A DNA stretch of 36,171 nt from positions 1-36,171 of the forward strand of contig VBLZ01000096.1 of NCBI GenBank assembly GCA_005878515.1. The letters run 5' to 3'. Position 1 is the first letter of the stretch; each line of letters begins with the position of its first letter. Positions 25,870-34,508 of the stretch are shown here, piece by piece. This stretch comes from Methanobacteriota archaeon. Its GTDB lineage: Archaea; Thermoplasmatota; Thermoplasmata; RBG-16-68-12. The notes beneath the pieces are model-generated. The model did not search any database and had not been told where the DNA came from. It saw only the letters and a program-made list of their open reading frames with translations. A program made the position numbers and the translations under genes.

Positions 25870-25874
25870 GGAGG
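25870..25874 (+). promoter_or_regulatory. Shine-Dalgarno-like GGAGG, 7 nt upstream of the ferredoxin ATG.
   Basis: The sequence reads ctaGGAGGcaagcagATG. Confidence 0.5.
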
Positions 25875-25881
25875 CAAGCAG

Positions 25882-26307
25882 ATGTCTCGTGAAGTGGACT
25901 TTGCCGCGAAACCGATCGACCCCGACTTCATGAACAAGCCGGACGAATACCCCGAGACCGGGACCCACTTCGACCACAAGGTCTTCGCCGATGGCGTCGA
26001 GCGACTCGATGCCAACGGGACTCCGTATCCGACGAAACTCGGGATCCACGGTCTCCACGTCGCCGTCGACTTCGATGGCTGTGTCGCGGACGGCGTCTGC
26101 ATGGACGTCTGCCCGGTCGACGTGTTCGAGTGGCTTCTGGCTCCCGGCAAGAAAGGCACGGGGAACGACAAGATCATCGAGAAGGGGGGCGAAGAGTGGG
26201 ACAAGTATCGATGCGACAAGTCCGACATGATCCGAGAGTCGGACTGCATCGACTGCATGGCGTGCGAGACCGCCTGCCCGACGAAGGTCATCAAGATCAA
26301 CCCGTGA
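25882..26307 (+). CDS. zfx: Zinc-containing 7Fe ([3Fe-4S][4Fe-4S]) ferredoxin of the Sulfolobus/Thermoplasma type.
   Basis: 141 aa from MSREVDF. The N-terminal extension carries GTHFDHKVF and KLGIHG, matching the Zn-ligand histidines of the Sulfolobus ferredoxin (GEHSGHKVY...LGIHG). Cluster motifs are CVADGVCMDVCP (CxxDxxCxxxCP) and CIDCMACETACP (CxxCxxCxxxCP). The ORF-track start at GTG 25816 lies inside the putative TATA box and is rejected. Confidence 0.85.
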   Translation: MSREVDFAAKPIDPDFMNKPDEYPETGTHFDHKVFADGVERLDANGTPYPTKLGIHGLHVAVDFDGCVADGVCMDVCPVDVFEWLLAPGKKGTGNDKIIEKGGEEWDKYRCDKSDMIRESDCIDCMACETACPTKVIKINP

Positions 26308-26382
26308 CGCCTCCTTCGATCGATCGCGCGACGCCAGGGCATTCCGCCCGTTCGAATCGACCCAAGGATTATCTATAACACC

Positions 26383-26393
26383 GTTATACAAGC
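26383..26393 (+). promoter_or_regulatory. TATA-like box GTTATACAAGC upstream of the ZIP transporter gene.
   Basis: It is centred about 25 nt upstream of the TTG start at 26412. A second AT-rich string, ATTATCTATAAC, lies at 26368-26379. Confidence 0.3.
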
Positions 26394-26411
26394 AGCGAAA
26401 CGGGTGCCTCG

Positions 26412-27188
26412 TTGACCGATGTGCTCTACGCCGGGTTTCTCGGTCTGATCGCGGGACTGGTGCCGGTCTACATCGGTCTGGCTCCGTTGTGGATCTTCAA
26501 GCGGCTCTCCGTCGGATGGAGAACCGGGCTCGTGAGTTTCTCCGCTGGCATCCTCCTGTTTCTGTTCGCCGATGTCACGCATGAGGGCGTCGAACTCTCG
26601 CAGGCGGCCGGGAGCGCGCCGGCGCTGTTTGCGTTGGGCCTGGGGCTGGGCCTCCTCGGACCCGTGGCGATAACGCACATCCGGCGATGGAAGATGGCTT
26701 CACAAACCCCGGCGCTGCCATCGGACGCATCGTCGACGCCGATCGTCAGCGCGAAACTTTTCACCGCCCAAATGATCGCCCTGGGCATCGGGCTTCATAA
26801 CCTCGGGGAGGGACTTGCGATCGGGGCGGCGTATGCGGCGGGGGTCCTCGGCCTCACCAACCTCCTCGTTATCGGGTTCGCCCTCCACAATTCCACTGAG
26901 GGGCTGGGAATCTCGGGTCCGATCGCATCCACCAACACCGGCGCCCGGGACGCGCTTATCCTCGGATTCCTCGCGGGCTCCCCGACCATCCTCGGCAGCA
27001 TGATCGGCTCGCTCGCCTACTCCGCAGCGCTCGGGACCCTGTTTTTCTCGGCTGCGGCGGGCGCGTTGCTCTACGTGATCGTCGAGCTTGTCAAGGTCAC
27101 TTCCACGCCGGAGCCCAGCAAAATCGTCTTCGTCGGAATGGTGATCGGCATCGTCCTAATGTTCGTGACCGGCCTTCTGGTTCGGTGA
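26412..27188 (+). CDS. ZIP-family divalent metal (zinc) transporter, ZupT/GufA-like.
   Basis: 258 aa and polytopic. The conserved ZIP motifs GIGLHNLGEGLAIGAAY and GFALHNSTEGLGISGP are present. The start codon is TTG. Confidence 0.85.
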   Translation: MTDVLYAGFLGLIAGLVPVYIGLAPLWIFKRLSVGWRTGLVSFSAGILLFLFADVTHEGVELSQAAGSAPALFALGLGLGLLGPVAITHIRRWKMASQTPALPSDASSTPIVSAKLFTAQMIALGIGLHNLGEGLAIGAAYAAGVLGLTNLLVIGFALHNSTEGLGISGPIASTNTGARDALILGFLAGSPTILGSMIGSLAYSAALGTLFFSAAAGALLYVIVELVKVTSTPEPSKIVFVGMVIGIVLMFVTGLLVR

Positions 27189-27218
27189 GTCAACCGGGGA
27201 TCCCGACACGCGTGCCAT

Positions 27219-28046
27219 TCACCGGAGATCCTCGTTCATCGAGCCGCTGCGGTACCCGCGAAGATCGACCGTTACGTACGCGAACCCGGCATTGCGGACC
27301 GCCTCCACCACTTTCTCGGCCATCGCGGTCTCGGACATTCGCGGAAGATCCTCTCGAGGCACCTCGATCCGCGCAATCCCGTCGTGGGCGCGCACGCGCA
27401 CGACCCGGAAGCCCAACGCCCGAATCGCTCCCTCGGCCGCCTCGACGCGCTGTAGCTTTTCCACGGTAATCACCTCGCCGTATGCAATCCGAGAAGACAG
27501 ACATGCGTTGCTCGGCTTATCGAAAAAGCTGAGGTGCAACTCGCGCGCGAGCGCTCGCACATCCGCTTTCCGGAAACCGAATTCGACGAGCGGATGCCAG
27601 AAGCCCGCCTCGTTCATCGCTTGGATCCCTGGCCGATGGTCGCCCAGGTCTGAGACGTTGACGCCATCCGCGATTGCCGCGAACCCCTGCTTTGACGCCA
27701 GGGGCTTCAACGCCGCCCCGAGCTCTTGGCGGCAAAAGTAGCATCGATTGGCCGGATTCGCGACGTACCGATCGTTGGCCAGCTCGGAAACGCGGACGGT
27801 CTCGAGCCGAATCCCGATCTCGGCGGCTTCGGAGATCGCCTCGGCGAGCTCCCAACGGGCCAGAGATTCCGCGTCTGCGAGGACCGCCAGCGCATTGTCC
27901 CCGAGCGCATCGTGCGCGACGCGTGCAACGAGGCCGCTGTCGACCCCTCCGGAGAAGGCGACGAGGACGCGGCCCCGGGATCGCATCGCGGCGGCCATGC
28001 GATCGTGCGCACCTCGCAGGTCGAACGAGCGACTCGCGGTCTCCAT
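27219..28046 (-). CDS. larE: PP-loop ATP pyrophosphatase of the LarE / TIGR00268 family (ATP-dependent sulfur transferase).
   Basis: 275 aa from METASRSF. The PP-loop is VAFSGGVDS, and CYFCRQ (CxxC) plus ACLSSRI are present. The ORF-track version (593 aa, reaching 29000) adds an R/G-rich extension antisense to thrC and is rejected. A minus-strand CTTTATC box at 28071-28078 lies about 28 nt upstream of this ATG. Confidence 0.8.
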   Translation of the reverse strand: METASRSFDLRGAHDRMAAAMRSRGRVLVAFSGGVDSGLVARVAHDALGDNALAVLADAESLARWELAEAISEAAEIGIRLETVRVSELANDRYVANPANRCYFCRQELGAALKPLASKQGFAAIADGVNVSDLGDHRPGIQAMNEAGFWHPLVEFGFRKADVRALARELHLSFFDKPSNACLSSRIAYGEVITVEKLQRVEAAEGAIRALGFRVVRVRAHDGIARIEVPREDLPRMSETAMAEKVVEAVRNAGFAYVTVDLRGYRSGSMNEDLR

Positions 28047-28124
28047 CGCCTCATCGAACGCGGCAGCGGGGATAAAGCCATCGCGCGTGACAAAACGTAA
28101 TGGCCCCCGTCGAGATGACGGCGC

Positions 28125-29342
28125 GTGCGCCCTGCTTTCCTCGAATGCACCGCGTGCTCGAAGCACCACGCGCTCCGGCTCCTCAACACCTGCGACTGCG
28201 GTGGTCCCTTGTTCGCCCGATACGACTGGAAGGACATCGACCGCGAGGACCTGCTGCCCCGGGGGGATCTCTGGCGATACGCGCCGCTTCTCCCGCTGGA
28301 GCCCGCGGAGATCCGATCGCGCGGTGAAGGAGGGACGCCCCTTCACCAACTCGAGCGAATCGGCTCCGGAGGCCGGGTCGCGCGTCTCAAGGTCGCGTCG
28401 TTGCACGTCAAGGACGAAGGACTGAATCCGACCCGCACGTTCAAGGCGCGCGGCATGGCGGTCGCGGTCCCCATGGCCTGCGCCTTGGGCGCGACGACCT
28501 TGGCCGTCCCGACCGCCGGAAACGCGGGCGCCGCGTTGGCGGCGTATGCGGCCACGTACGGCGCACGCGCCATCGTGATCATGGCGAGCGACGGTCCCCC
28601 GTCTCAAGCCCGCGACGCCATCGCGTACGGAGCGGAGGTGCTCCGAGTCGACGAGGATATCGCGGACGCCGCGCGGATCGTCGCCGAACTCTCGACCGCG
28701 ACCGAGTTGTTCAGTGTTGCAACGTTGCGGGAACCGTATCGGGTCGAAGGCAAGAAGACGATACTCTTCGAAATCTGGGAGGCGCTCGGCGGCATGCCGG
28801 ACTGGATCCTCGTCCCAACGGGAGGCGGCACTGGAATCGTCGGGATGTGGAAGGCGCTTCACGAACTGCGCGAGCTCGGTTGGTACGAGGGACCGTGGCC
28901 GCGTTTCGGGATCGTTCAGGCCGAAGGATGCGCGCCGCTTGTGAAGGCCTGGAAGGCGGGCCGGGAGACGGCCGAGCCCTGGCCGATGCCGCACACCCAA
29001 GCGGCCGGGCTTCGGGTTCCGGCGACCCTCGCCGACCGAATCGTGCTCCGGGCCATCCGCGAGACGCGCGGCGCGGCCGTCGCGGTTTCAGACGAAGCGA
29101 TGAAAGTCGCGGCATTGAATCTCGCCGTCCTCGAAGGGATCGGTGCGTGCCTGGAGGGGGCGGCGACCCTCGCCGGTCTCCGGCGCCTCTACGACGACGG
29201 CACCATCACGCGGGAGGACCGGGTCGTGCTGATGAACACCGGCGCGACCGACGGCGGGACCGTCCCTTCCGTCGAAGTTCCGGAAGTAAAGACGGCGGAA
29301 CAGGTCCGGCAGTACCTCGGTCTCACGCCGCGTGCTTCTTGA
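28125..29342 (+). CDS. thrC: Threonine synthase.
   Basis: 405 aa. The N-terminal Cys-rich segment is LECTACSKHH...CDCGG. The PLP-lysine motif is PTRTFKARGMAVAV, and a GGGTGIVG loop is present. The start codon is GTG. Confidence 0.85.
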   Translation: MRPAFLECTACSKHHALRLLNTCDCGGPLFARYDWKDIDREDLLPRGDLWRYAPLLPLEPAEIRSRGEGGTPLHQLERIGSGGRVARLKVASLHVKDEGLNPTRTFKARGMAVAVPMACALGATTLAVPTAGNAGAALAAYAATYGARAIVIMASDGPPSQARDAIAYGAEVLRVDEDIADAARIVAELSTATELFSVATLREPYRVEGKKTILFEIWEALGGMPDWILVPTGGGTGIVGMWKALHELRELGWYEGPWPRFGIVQAEGCAPLVKAWKAGRETAEPWPMPHTQAAGLRVPATLADRIVLRAIRETRGAAVAVSDEAMKVAALNLAVLEGIGACLEGAATLAGLRRLYDDGTITREDRVVLMNTGATDGGTVPSVEVPEVKTAEQVRQYLGLTPRAS

Positions 29343-29799
29343 CTTCCTCGAGAATTCTCGCATGGTCCGGTGGGACTTTTGGATCCTCCGTGACCCACTT
29401 GTACCGGATGACCCCGTTCGCGTCGAGCACGAAGACCGACCGTTTCGTCACGCCCTGCAGGCCGAAACTCCCGAAGCGATCGTAGAGCACCCCGTACGTC
29501 GCGCTGACTTTCTTGTTCCAGTCGCTCAGCAACGGGTAGTTGAGGTGGTTCTGTTCCTTGAAGACGCGATGGCTGTGGTGACTGTCCGTGCTGATGCCGA
29601 ACACCTTCGCACCCCACTTCTGGAGGTCTCCCATCGAGTCACGCATCGCGCAGAGCTGGCCTTGGCACACGTTCGTGAAGTCCCAGACGTAGAAGGACAG
29701 GATCACCGGGCCGCCGCCGAGCTCGTTCGAGAGCGTGACGGGCTTGCCTTCGTCGCTGAGCACCGTGAAGTCCGGCGCCTTCTCGCCGACATCGACCAT
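29323..29799 (-). CDS. bcp: Peroxiredoxin, Bcp/PrxQ-like (atypical 2-Cys).
   Basis: 158 aa. APDFTVLSDEGKPVTLS...ILSFYVWDFTNVCQGQLC contains TxxC with a second Cys five residues on (CxxxxC), as in Bcp. GISTDS is also present. Confidence 0.85.
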   Translation of the reverse strand: MVDVGEKAPDFTVLSDEGKPVTLSNELGGGPVILSFYVWDFTNVCQGQLCAMRDSMGDLQKWGAKVFGISTDSHHSHRVFKEQNHLNYPLLSDWNKKVSATYGVLYDRFGSFGLQGVTKRSVFVLDANGVIRYKWVTEDPKVPPDHARILEEVKKHAA

Positions 29800-29987
29800 C
29801 CGTGCCCCACTGCGGTCGAGAGGCGGGTCGGGGATAACCCTTTCGCTTCGGCACTCCGCGAAGTCCGGAACGCGGAACGGAATGTATATCTAACGGTGGG
29901 AACCCATTATGGGCCTCGCCTGTCCAGAGGGAATGCTGAACTAGACCGAACGCATCGCTCAGGGGAACAAGGGGTAGGGGGGAACGA

Positions 29988-31562
29988 ATGGCGAAGTACG
30001 TGCTCGCCGCCGATTACACACTCATGACGGATTACCGCAACGTCCCTCTGGCTACGTTCTTCAGCTGCATTCCAACGGACTACTGGCACTCCCGCCTCGT
30101 GTTTCGCATCCTGGCGGACCCGCCGAAGCTCGACCCGGAGGGCCGGCCCATCCGGGTGCCGTACGGCCTTCGAAAAGTCGAGGCATCCCTCGTTCGCGCG
30201 TACGGGCGCGACGCGGTCGTCATCGCCGACCCTCGGAACATCGACCGATACATCGATGACGAGACGGAGGTGGTCGGACTGAGCCCGATGGATCCCCTCG
30301 GCCTCGGTCCCGTCAGCATGTCCTTCACGATGGGCGGGGTCCTCACGCCCTTCACCAAAGCGATGTTCCTCGATCTTGTCCGGCGCGTGCAGCGACCCAA
30401 CCGAAAATACAAGGTCGTCCTCGGGGGGCCGGGCGCCTGGCATTTCGACTATCGCCCGGAAATGCAGGCATCCCTCGGCATTGACCACATCGTCCACGGG
30501 GAGGTCGACCACCTCGTCCCGGAGATTTTCGATCGGATCGTGAACGATCATGCGCCCCCAGTCATGCGCTTCACCAACGCGACCGCCCCCACGGTCGACC
30601 AAATCCCAAAAATCCTCGGTCCGACGATGCACGCGATGAACGAGGTGATGCGGGGATGCGGCCGTGGCTGCGAGTTCTGCGAAGTCACGCTGCGTCGCCC
30701 CCGGTATTTCCCGTTCGACTACATCGGCGACGAAATCGCCATGAACACGAAGGTCGGGGAATCGTCGATCCAACTCCACTCGGACGACATCTTCCTGTAC
30801 AACCTCGAGAACTGGAAGACGATGGAGCCAAACGAGGACGCAGTCAAAGACCTCTTCCGGTACGTCATGGCCCAACCCGGCGTCTCTCATTGTTACCCCA
30901 CGCACGGAACCGTCAGCGCCGCGGTCACGAACCCGGGGCTCATCCGGGACATCTCGGACATCGTGCGGGCCGGCCCCCGCAAGTGGGTCGGCATCCAGAG
31001 CGGCATCGAGACGGGGAGCCCCGCGCTCTCCCGAGCCGTGCTGCACCGGAAGGCCGCTCCGTTCTCCGCCGAAGAATGGCCGGACCTCGTCGTGCAGGGC
31101 ACGCAGATCCTAAACCGCAACTATTGGTATCCAGCCTTCACGATCATCCTCGGCCTGCCGGGTGAGACTCCGGAGGACGCGTGGATGACCGTGGACCTCC
31201 TGGACCGGATGGAGCAGATCCCGGACGGCCACTTCATCACGGCGCCGCTCACGTTCGTTCCGATCGGCGTGTTGCGAGGCGAGGAGTTCTACAACCTCGA
31301 CGAGATGATCGACGAGTCGCGTTTCAACGTCGCCTACCGCGCGTGGCGGCACGTCCTGCTGGAAATCGACACGGATCTGTGGCAGCTCACGCGGCTCCCT
31401 GCCCCAACGAGGGCGCTGATCGTCGCCACGGCACGGATCGGGGGCCGATACATCCTCGGAATCATGCACCGGTATGCGAGGCGGATGGGCTTCCGAATCC
31501 GCGCGCCGGCAACGACGCGCCGTCAGGCGGAAGGCCACACCGTCAGCTTCCCGGCGGCGTGA
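29988..31562 (+). CDS. Radical SAM protein with an N-terminal B12-binding-like / flavodoxin-like domain.
   Basis: 524 aa. The motif MRGCGRGCEFCEV is CxxxCxxC. The substrate is unknown. Confidence 0.8.
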   Translation: MAKYVLAADYTLMTDYRNVPLATFFSCIPTDYWHSRLVFRILADPPKLDPEGRPIRVPYGLRKVEASLVRAYGRDAVVIADPRNIDRYIDDETEVVGLSPMDPLGLGPVSMSFTMGGVLTPFTKAMFLDLVRRVQRPNRKYKVVLGGPGAWHFDYRPEMQASLGIDHIVHGEVDHLVPEIFDRIVNDHAPPVMRFTNATAPTVDQIPKILGPTMHAMNEVMRGCGRGCEFCEVTLRRPRYFPFDYIGDEIAMNTKVGESSIQLHSDDIFLYNLENWKTMEPNEDAVKDLFRYVMAQPGVSHCYPTHGTVSAAVTNPGLIRDISDIVRAGPRKWVGIQSGIETGSPALSRAVLHRKAAPFSAEEWPDLVVQGTQILNRNYWYPAFTIILGLPGETPEDAWMTVDLLDRMEQIPDGHFITAPLTFVPIGVLRGEEFYNLDEMIDESRFNVAYRAWRHVLLEIDTDLWQLTRLPAPTRALIVATARIGGRYILGIMHRYARRMGFRIRAPATTRRQAEGHTVSFPAA

Positions 31563-31574
31563 GGCAGGAATCGT

Positions 31575-32483
31575 TCACCCGGCGAGGCGCGCGGTAACGG
31601 ACTGGCCCCCGATCTGAATGAAATCCATCGACCGATAGAGCACGATCGCCGGATCGTTGCCGACTGTGACGTACAGGGCGAGTCGGGACTCATCGCGACC
31701 CGCGAGGCGCGTCATCGCGGCCTGGAGCAACGCCCGACCAAACCCGCGACCGCGGCGATCCTTCGCCACCCCGAGCTCCGCGACGAGCGGCATGCCCATC
31801 CAATGCGTGATCAGGATTGCACCCACGATCCGGTCGCCCTCGAGTGCGACTTGCGAGGCGTCCGGCATGAACTGACCGGAATCGCCTTTGAAGAGGCCGG
31901 CCACGTAGCCGCGCCATTCCTCCTCAGGCCCCGTGTGGATGCCATACTGCTGCTCCATGTGTCCTTCGTACACATCCATGAGGAACTTCGTGAGGCCAAG
32001 GACTTCGTCCTCCTCCGGAGGTTGCAGCACCACGCCGGCGGGCACGACAGTCCGCTTCGTCGGAGCTTCCATCCGCATGCGCGCAAAGACACGCTGGAAG
32101 CCGAGCGAAGAGAATGCGGATTCGTAGATGTCCTCGAAGTGCGCCGTGATTGAGGTCGCGCCACCGGCCCGGAGCAGGTCCATCGACTTCAGAAGCGCCG
32201 CGGCAGCCTCCTCGCGAGATGTTGGGTCCATTGAGAACCCCGAGATCTCGGCGGGGCCTAACCGCACGGTGCCGATGATTCGGCCGTCTCTCTTGACCGA
32301 GAAATGGGACCGCTGTTCCTCCGGAGGGAGCGCGAGGTACCGATCCAGGTGGACCTTGAGGTCGCTCGTCGGCAGATCTGTGCGGCCGGAGACGAAGGTC
32401 TGCCAGTACGCATGGGCGTCCGTCGTCTGCAAGGGCTCCAGGCTCAACGGCACAGCGCCCGCGAGGGGTTCGCGAAACATCAA
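31575..32483 (-). CDS. GNAT-family N-acetyltransferase (two-domain).
   Basis: 302 aa. The C-terminal acetyl-CoA motif is LGVAKDRRGRGFGRALLQAAM. The ORF starts at TTG 32483, immediately followed by an ATG at 32480, which is the more likely start. Confidence 0.8.
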   Translation of the reverse strand: MMFREPLAGAVPLSLEPLQTTDAHAYWQTFVSGRTDLPTSDLKVHLDRYLALPPEEQRSHFSVKRDGRIIGTVRLGPAEISGFSMDPTSREEAAAALLKSMDLLRAGGATSITAHFEDIYESAFSSLGFQRVFARMRMEAPTKRTVVPAGVVLQPPEEDEVLGLTKFLMDVYEGHMEQQYGIHTGPEEEWRGYVAGLFKGDSGQFMPDASQVALEGDRIVGAILITHWMGMPLVAELGVAKDRRGRGFGRALLQAAMTRLAGRDESRLALYVTVGNDPAIVLYRSMDFIQIGGQSVTARLAG

Positions 32484-32498
32484 GCTTCGGCCGCGGAG

Positions 32499-32506
32499 AT
32501 TTTATG
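32499..32506 (+). promoter_or_regulatory. TATA-like ATTTTATG, about 31 nt upstream of the acyl-CoA dehydrogenase ATG.
   Basis: It is the only AT-rich element in the 49-bp divergent GNAT/ACAD intergenic region. Its spacing fits a leaderless or short-leader transcript. Confidence 0.35.
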
Positions 32507-32532
32507 CGGAAGGAGGCCCTTCGACACGATGC

Positions 32533-33669
32533 ATGGACTTCGGGCTCACGGAAATCCAGGAGATTACGCGCAAGACGGTCCGCGACTTCGCGGAACAAGA
32601 GGTCATCCCACAGTCCCGCGCCTTCGACGAGAGCCAGGAGTTCCCGCACGCGTGGGCCAAGAAGATGGGGGAGCTCGGACTCTTCGGGGTCTTCGTCCCG
32701 GAGAAGTACGGGGGTGCGGGCCTCGATACCGTCTGCTATGCGATCACGATCGAGGAACTCTCGCGCGGGGATGCGAGCGCCGGCGTCATCGCGGCGGTGT
32801 GCAACGGCCTTGTCTGCGAACCGCTCCTGCGCTACGGGAACGAGGAGCAAAAGCGGAGGTTCCTCGAACCGGTCGCGCGGGGAGAATGGATGGGCGCCTA
32901 CGCGCTCACGGAGCCCGGGAGTGGCTCCGACGCGGCCGCGATGCGCACGACCGCCACACTCGAGCGGGACGAGTGGGTCTTGCGCGGCACGAAGACGTTC
33001 GCGACGAACGGGTCCGTGGCCAAGATTGTGGTCGTGTATGCTCGGACGGGCGCGAAGAAGCACGAGATCTCTGCATTCGTCGTCCCGACCGACGCCACGG
33101 GCTTCTCCGTGTTGAAGAAGGAGGACAAGATGGGAATCCGCGCGAGCGACACGGTCACCCTAGGGTTTGACGGCTGTCGGATTCCGAAGGAGAACCTTCT
33201 GGGAGACCTTCACAAAGGCTTCACGATCGCGATGGAGACGCTCGACGGGGGCCGGATCGGCATCGCCGCCCAGGCGCTCGGCATCGGCCAGCGGGCCCTC
33301 GAGGAGTCCACTAAGTACGCGAAGGAACGGCAGGCGTTCGGACAGAAGATCGCGGAGTTCCAGGCGATCCAATGGAAGCTCGCGGACATGGCGACGGAGA
33401 TCGACGCGGCCCGGCTGCTGACCTACCGCGCCGCGCATCTGGAAGATCGTGGGCAGCGGCACACGTACGAATCGAGCGTCGCGAAGCTCTTCGCGTCGGA
33501 GGCGGCCCATCGAGCCGTCGACGCCGCGGTTCAGATTCACGGCGGCTACGGATTCATCAAGGATTACGTGGTGGAGAAGTTGTACAGGGACCAACGCGTC
33601 ACGGAAATCTACGAAGGGACCTCCGAGGTCCAGCGGCTCGTCATCGCGCGTTCGATTCTCGGCGGCTGA
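32533..33669 (+). CDS. Acyl-CoA dehydrogenase (short/medium-chain, butyryl-CoA dehydrogenase-like).
   Basis: 378 aa from MDFGLTEIQEITRKTVRDFAEQEV. Family markers include AYALTEPGSGSDAA and the catalytic-base region RVTEIYEGTSEVQRLVIAR. The ORF-track start at 32128 adds 135 residues antisense to the GNAT gene and is rejected. Confidence 0.88.
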   Translation: MDFGLTEIQEITRKTVRDFAEQEVIPQSRAFDESQEFPHAWAKKMGELGLFGVFVPEKYGGAGLDTVCYAITIEELSRGDASAGVIAAVCNGLVCEPLLRYGNEEQKRRFLEPVARGEWMGAYALTEPGSGSDAAAMRTTATLERDEWVLRGTKTFATNGSVAKIVVVYARTGAKKHEISAFVVPTDATGFSVLKKEDKMGIRASDTVTLGFDGCRIPKENLLGDLHKGFTIAMETLDGGRIGIAAQALGIGQRALEESTKYAKERQAFGQKIAEFQAIQWKLADMATEIDAARLLTYRAAHLEDRGQRHTYESSVAKLFASEAAHRAVDAAVQIHGGYGFIKDYVVEKLYRDQRVTEIYEGTSEVQRLVIARSILGG

Positions 33670-33715
33670 GAACACTCAAGTCCCCTCCGTACCAGAACCG
33701 ATCCTGCGACGAGCC

Positions 33716-33721
33716 TTTATG
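33716..33721 (+). promoter_or_regulatory. TATA-like TTTATG (context CCTTTATGCC), about 26 nt upstream of the alaX ATG.
   Basis: Its spacing and sequence match the elements upstream of the ACAD, mdh, VOC and larE-like genes. Confidence 0.35.
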
Positions 33722-33743
33722 CCACCGTGGCTTTTGCGGCACG

Positions 33744-34475
33744 ATGGCCACGCGCGTTCTCTACATGGAGGAGCGCCGGGGACAGGATCCGGACCCGTGT
33801 TATGCGCGGGAGTTCGACGCGCGGATCGTCGAACGCGGCCCTGATTTCGTCGTCCTCGATCAGACCCTCTTCTACGCGGAGGGAGGCGGGCAGCCCGATG
33901 ACACCGGGAGCCTTCAATGGACCGACGGCGAGGCTCGGGTCCTTCGGGTCACGAAGGAGAAGGGCATCATCAAGCACCACGTTGATCGGATGCCGAGTGC
34001 GGACTCGGTGCACGGCGTCATCGACTGGGATCGGCGGTACAAGCACATGCGCATGCACACCTCCCAGCATCTCATGTCCGGACTCGTCTTCCGAACGTAT
34101 GCAGCGAGGACCGTTGGGAATCAGATCCACATGGACTACAGTCGCGTGGATTTTCAACCCGCGAATTTCACGGCCGACGATTTGAAGCGGATCGAAGACG
34201 AGTGCAACGGGGTCGTCGCCTCGGCGCAGGATGTCCGGATCTTCGAAGAGGATCGTGCGGTTGTCCATAACAAGATCGAAGACCGAGCCCTGCTCGAGCT
34301 CATCCCACAATCCGTTCGGCGCCTGCGAATCATCCAGATCGGCAACGCGGACTACTGCCCCTGCGGCGGGACGCATCTGAAAAACGTGTCCGAGATCGGA
34401 AGGGTCCGCATCCTTGAGAAGCGCTCGAAAGGGAAAGAAACGGACCGCATCGTGTACGAGCTCCTCCCTGGGTAG
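33744..34475 (+). CDS. alaX: Alanyl-tRNA editing protein AlaX (AlaX-M size class).
   Basis: 243 aa from MATRVLYMEE. The zinc and editing motifs are HTSQHL (HxxxH) and CPCGGTHL (CxxxH), with FYAEGGGQPDDTG also present. The ORF-track start at 33372 overlaps the ACAD gene in another frame and is rejected. Confidence 0.85.
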   Translation: MATRVLYMEERRGQDPDPCYAREFDARIVERGPDFVVLDQTLFYAEGGGQPDDTGSLQWTDGEARVLRVTKEKGIIKHHVDRMPSADSVHGVIDWDRRYKHMRMHTSQHLMSGLVFRTYAARTVGNQIHMDYSRVDFQPANFTADDLKRIEDECNGVVASAQDVRIFEEDRAVVHNKIEDRALLELIPQSVRRLRIIQIGNADYCPCGGTHLKNVSEIGRVRILEKRSKGKETDRIVYELLPG

Positions 34476-34508
34476 CCGTCTTGCCGAATCGGAGAAGCGG
34501 GAGCGAGT

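Noticed and set aside
25816-25881. GTG-initiated 5' extension of the ferredoxin ORF.
   Set aside because: The GTG lies inside the putative TATA box. The ATG at 25882 has a GGAGG 7 nt upstream and gives the N-terminus expected for zinc ferredoxins.
28047-29000. 5' extension of the larE-like ORF (the track gives 593 aa).
   Set aside because: The extension is R/G-rich, antisense to thrC, and absent from the family. The family-typical N-terminus, with a TATA-like box at -28, supports the ATG at 28046.
32128-32532. 5' extension of the acyl-CoA dehydrogenase ORF (the track gives 513 aa).
   Set aside because: It is antisense to the GNAT gene. ACADs are about 380 aa and begin like MDFGLTEIQ. A TATA-like box sits 31 nt upstream of the ATG at 32533.
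33372-33743. 5' extension of the alaX ORF (the track gives 367 aa).
   Set aside because: It overlaps the ACAD gene in another frame, is R/G-rich and lacks AlaX homology. MATRVLYMEE at 33744 gives the expected ~240-aa AlaX-M.
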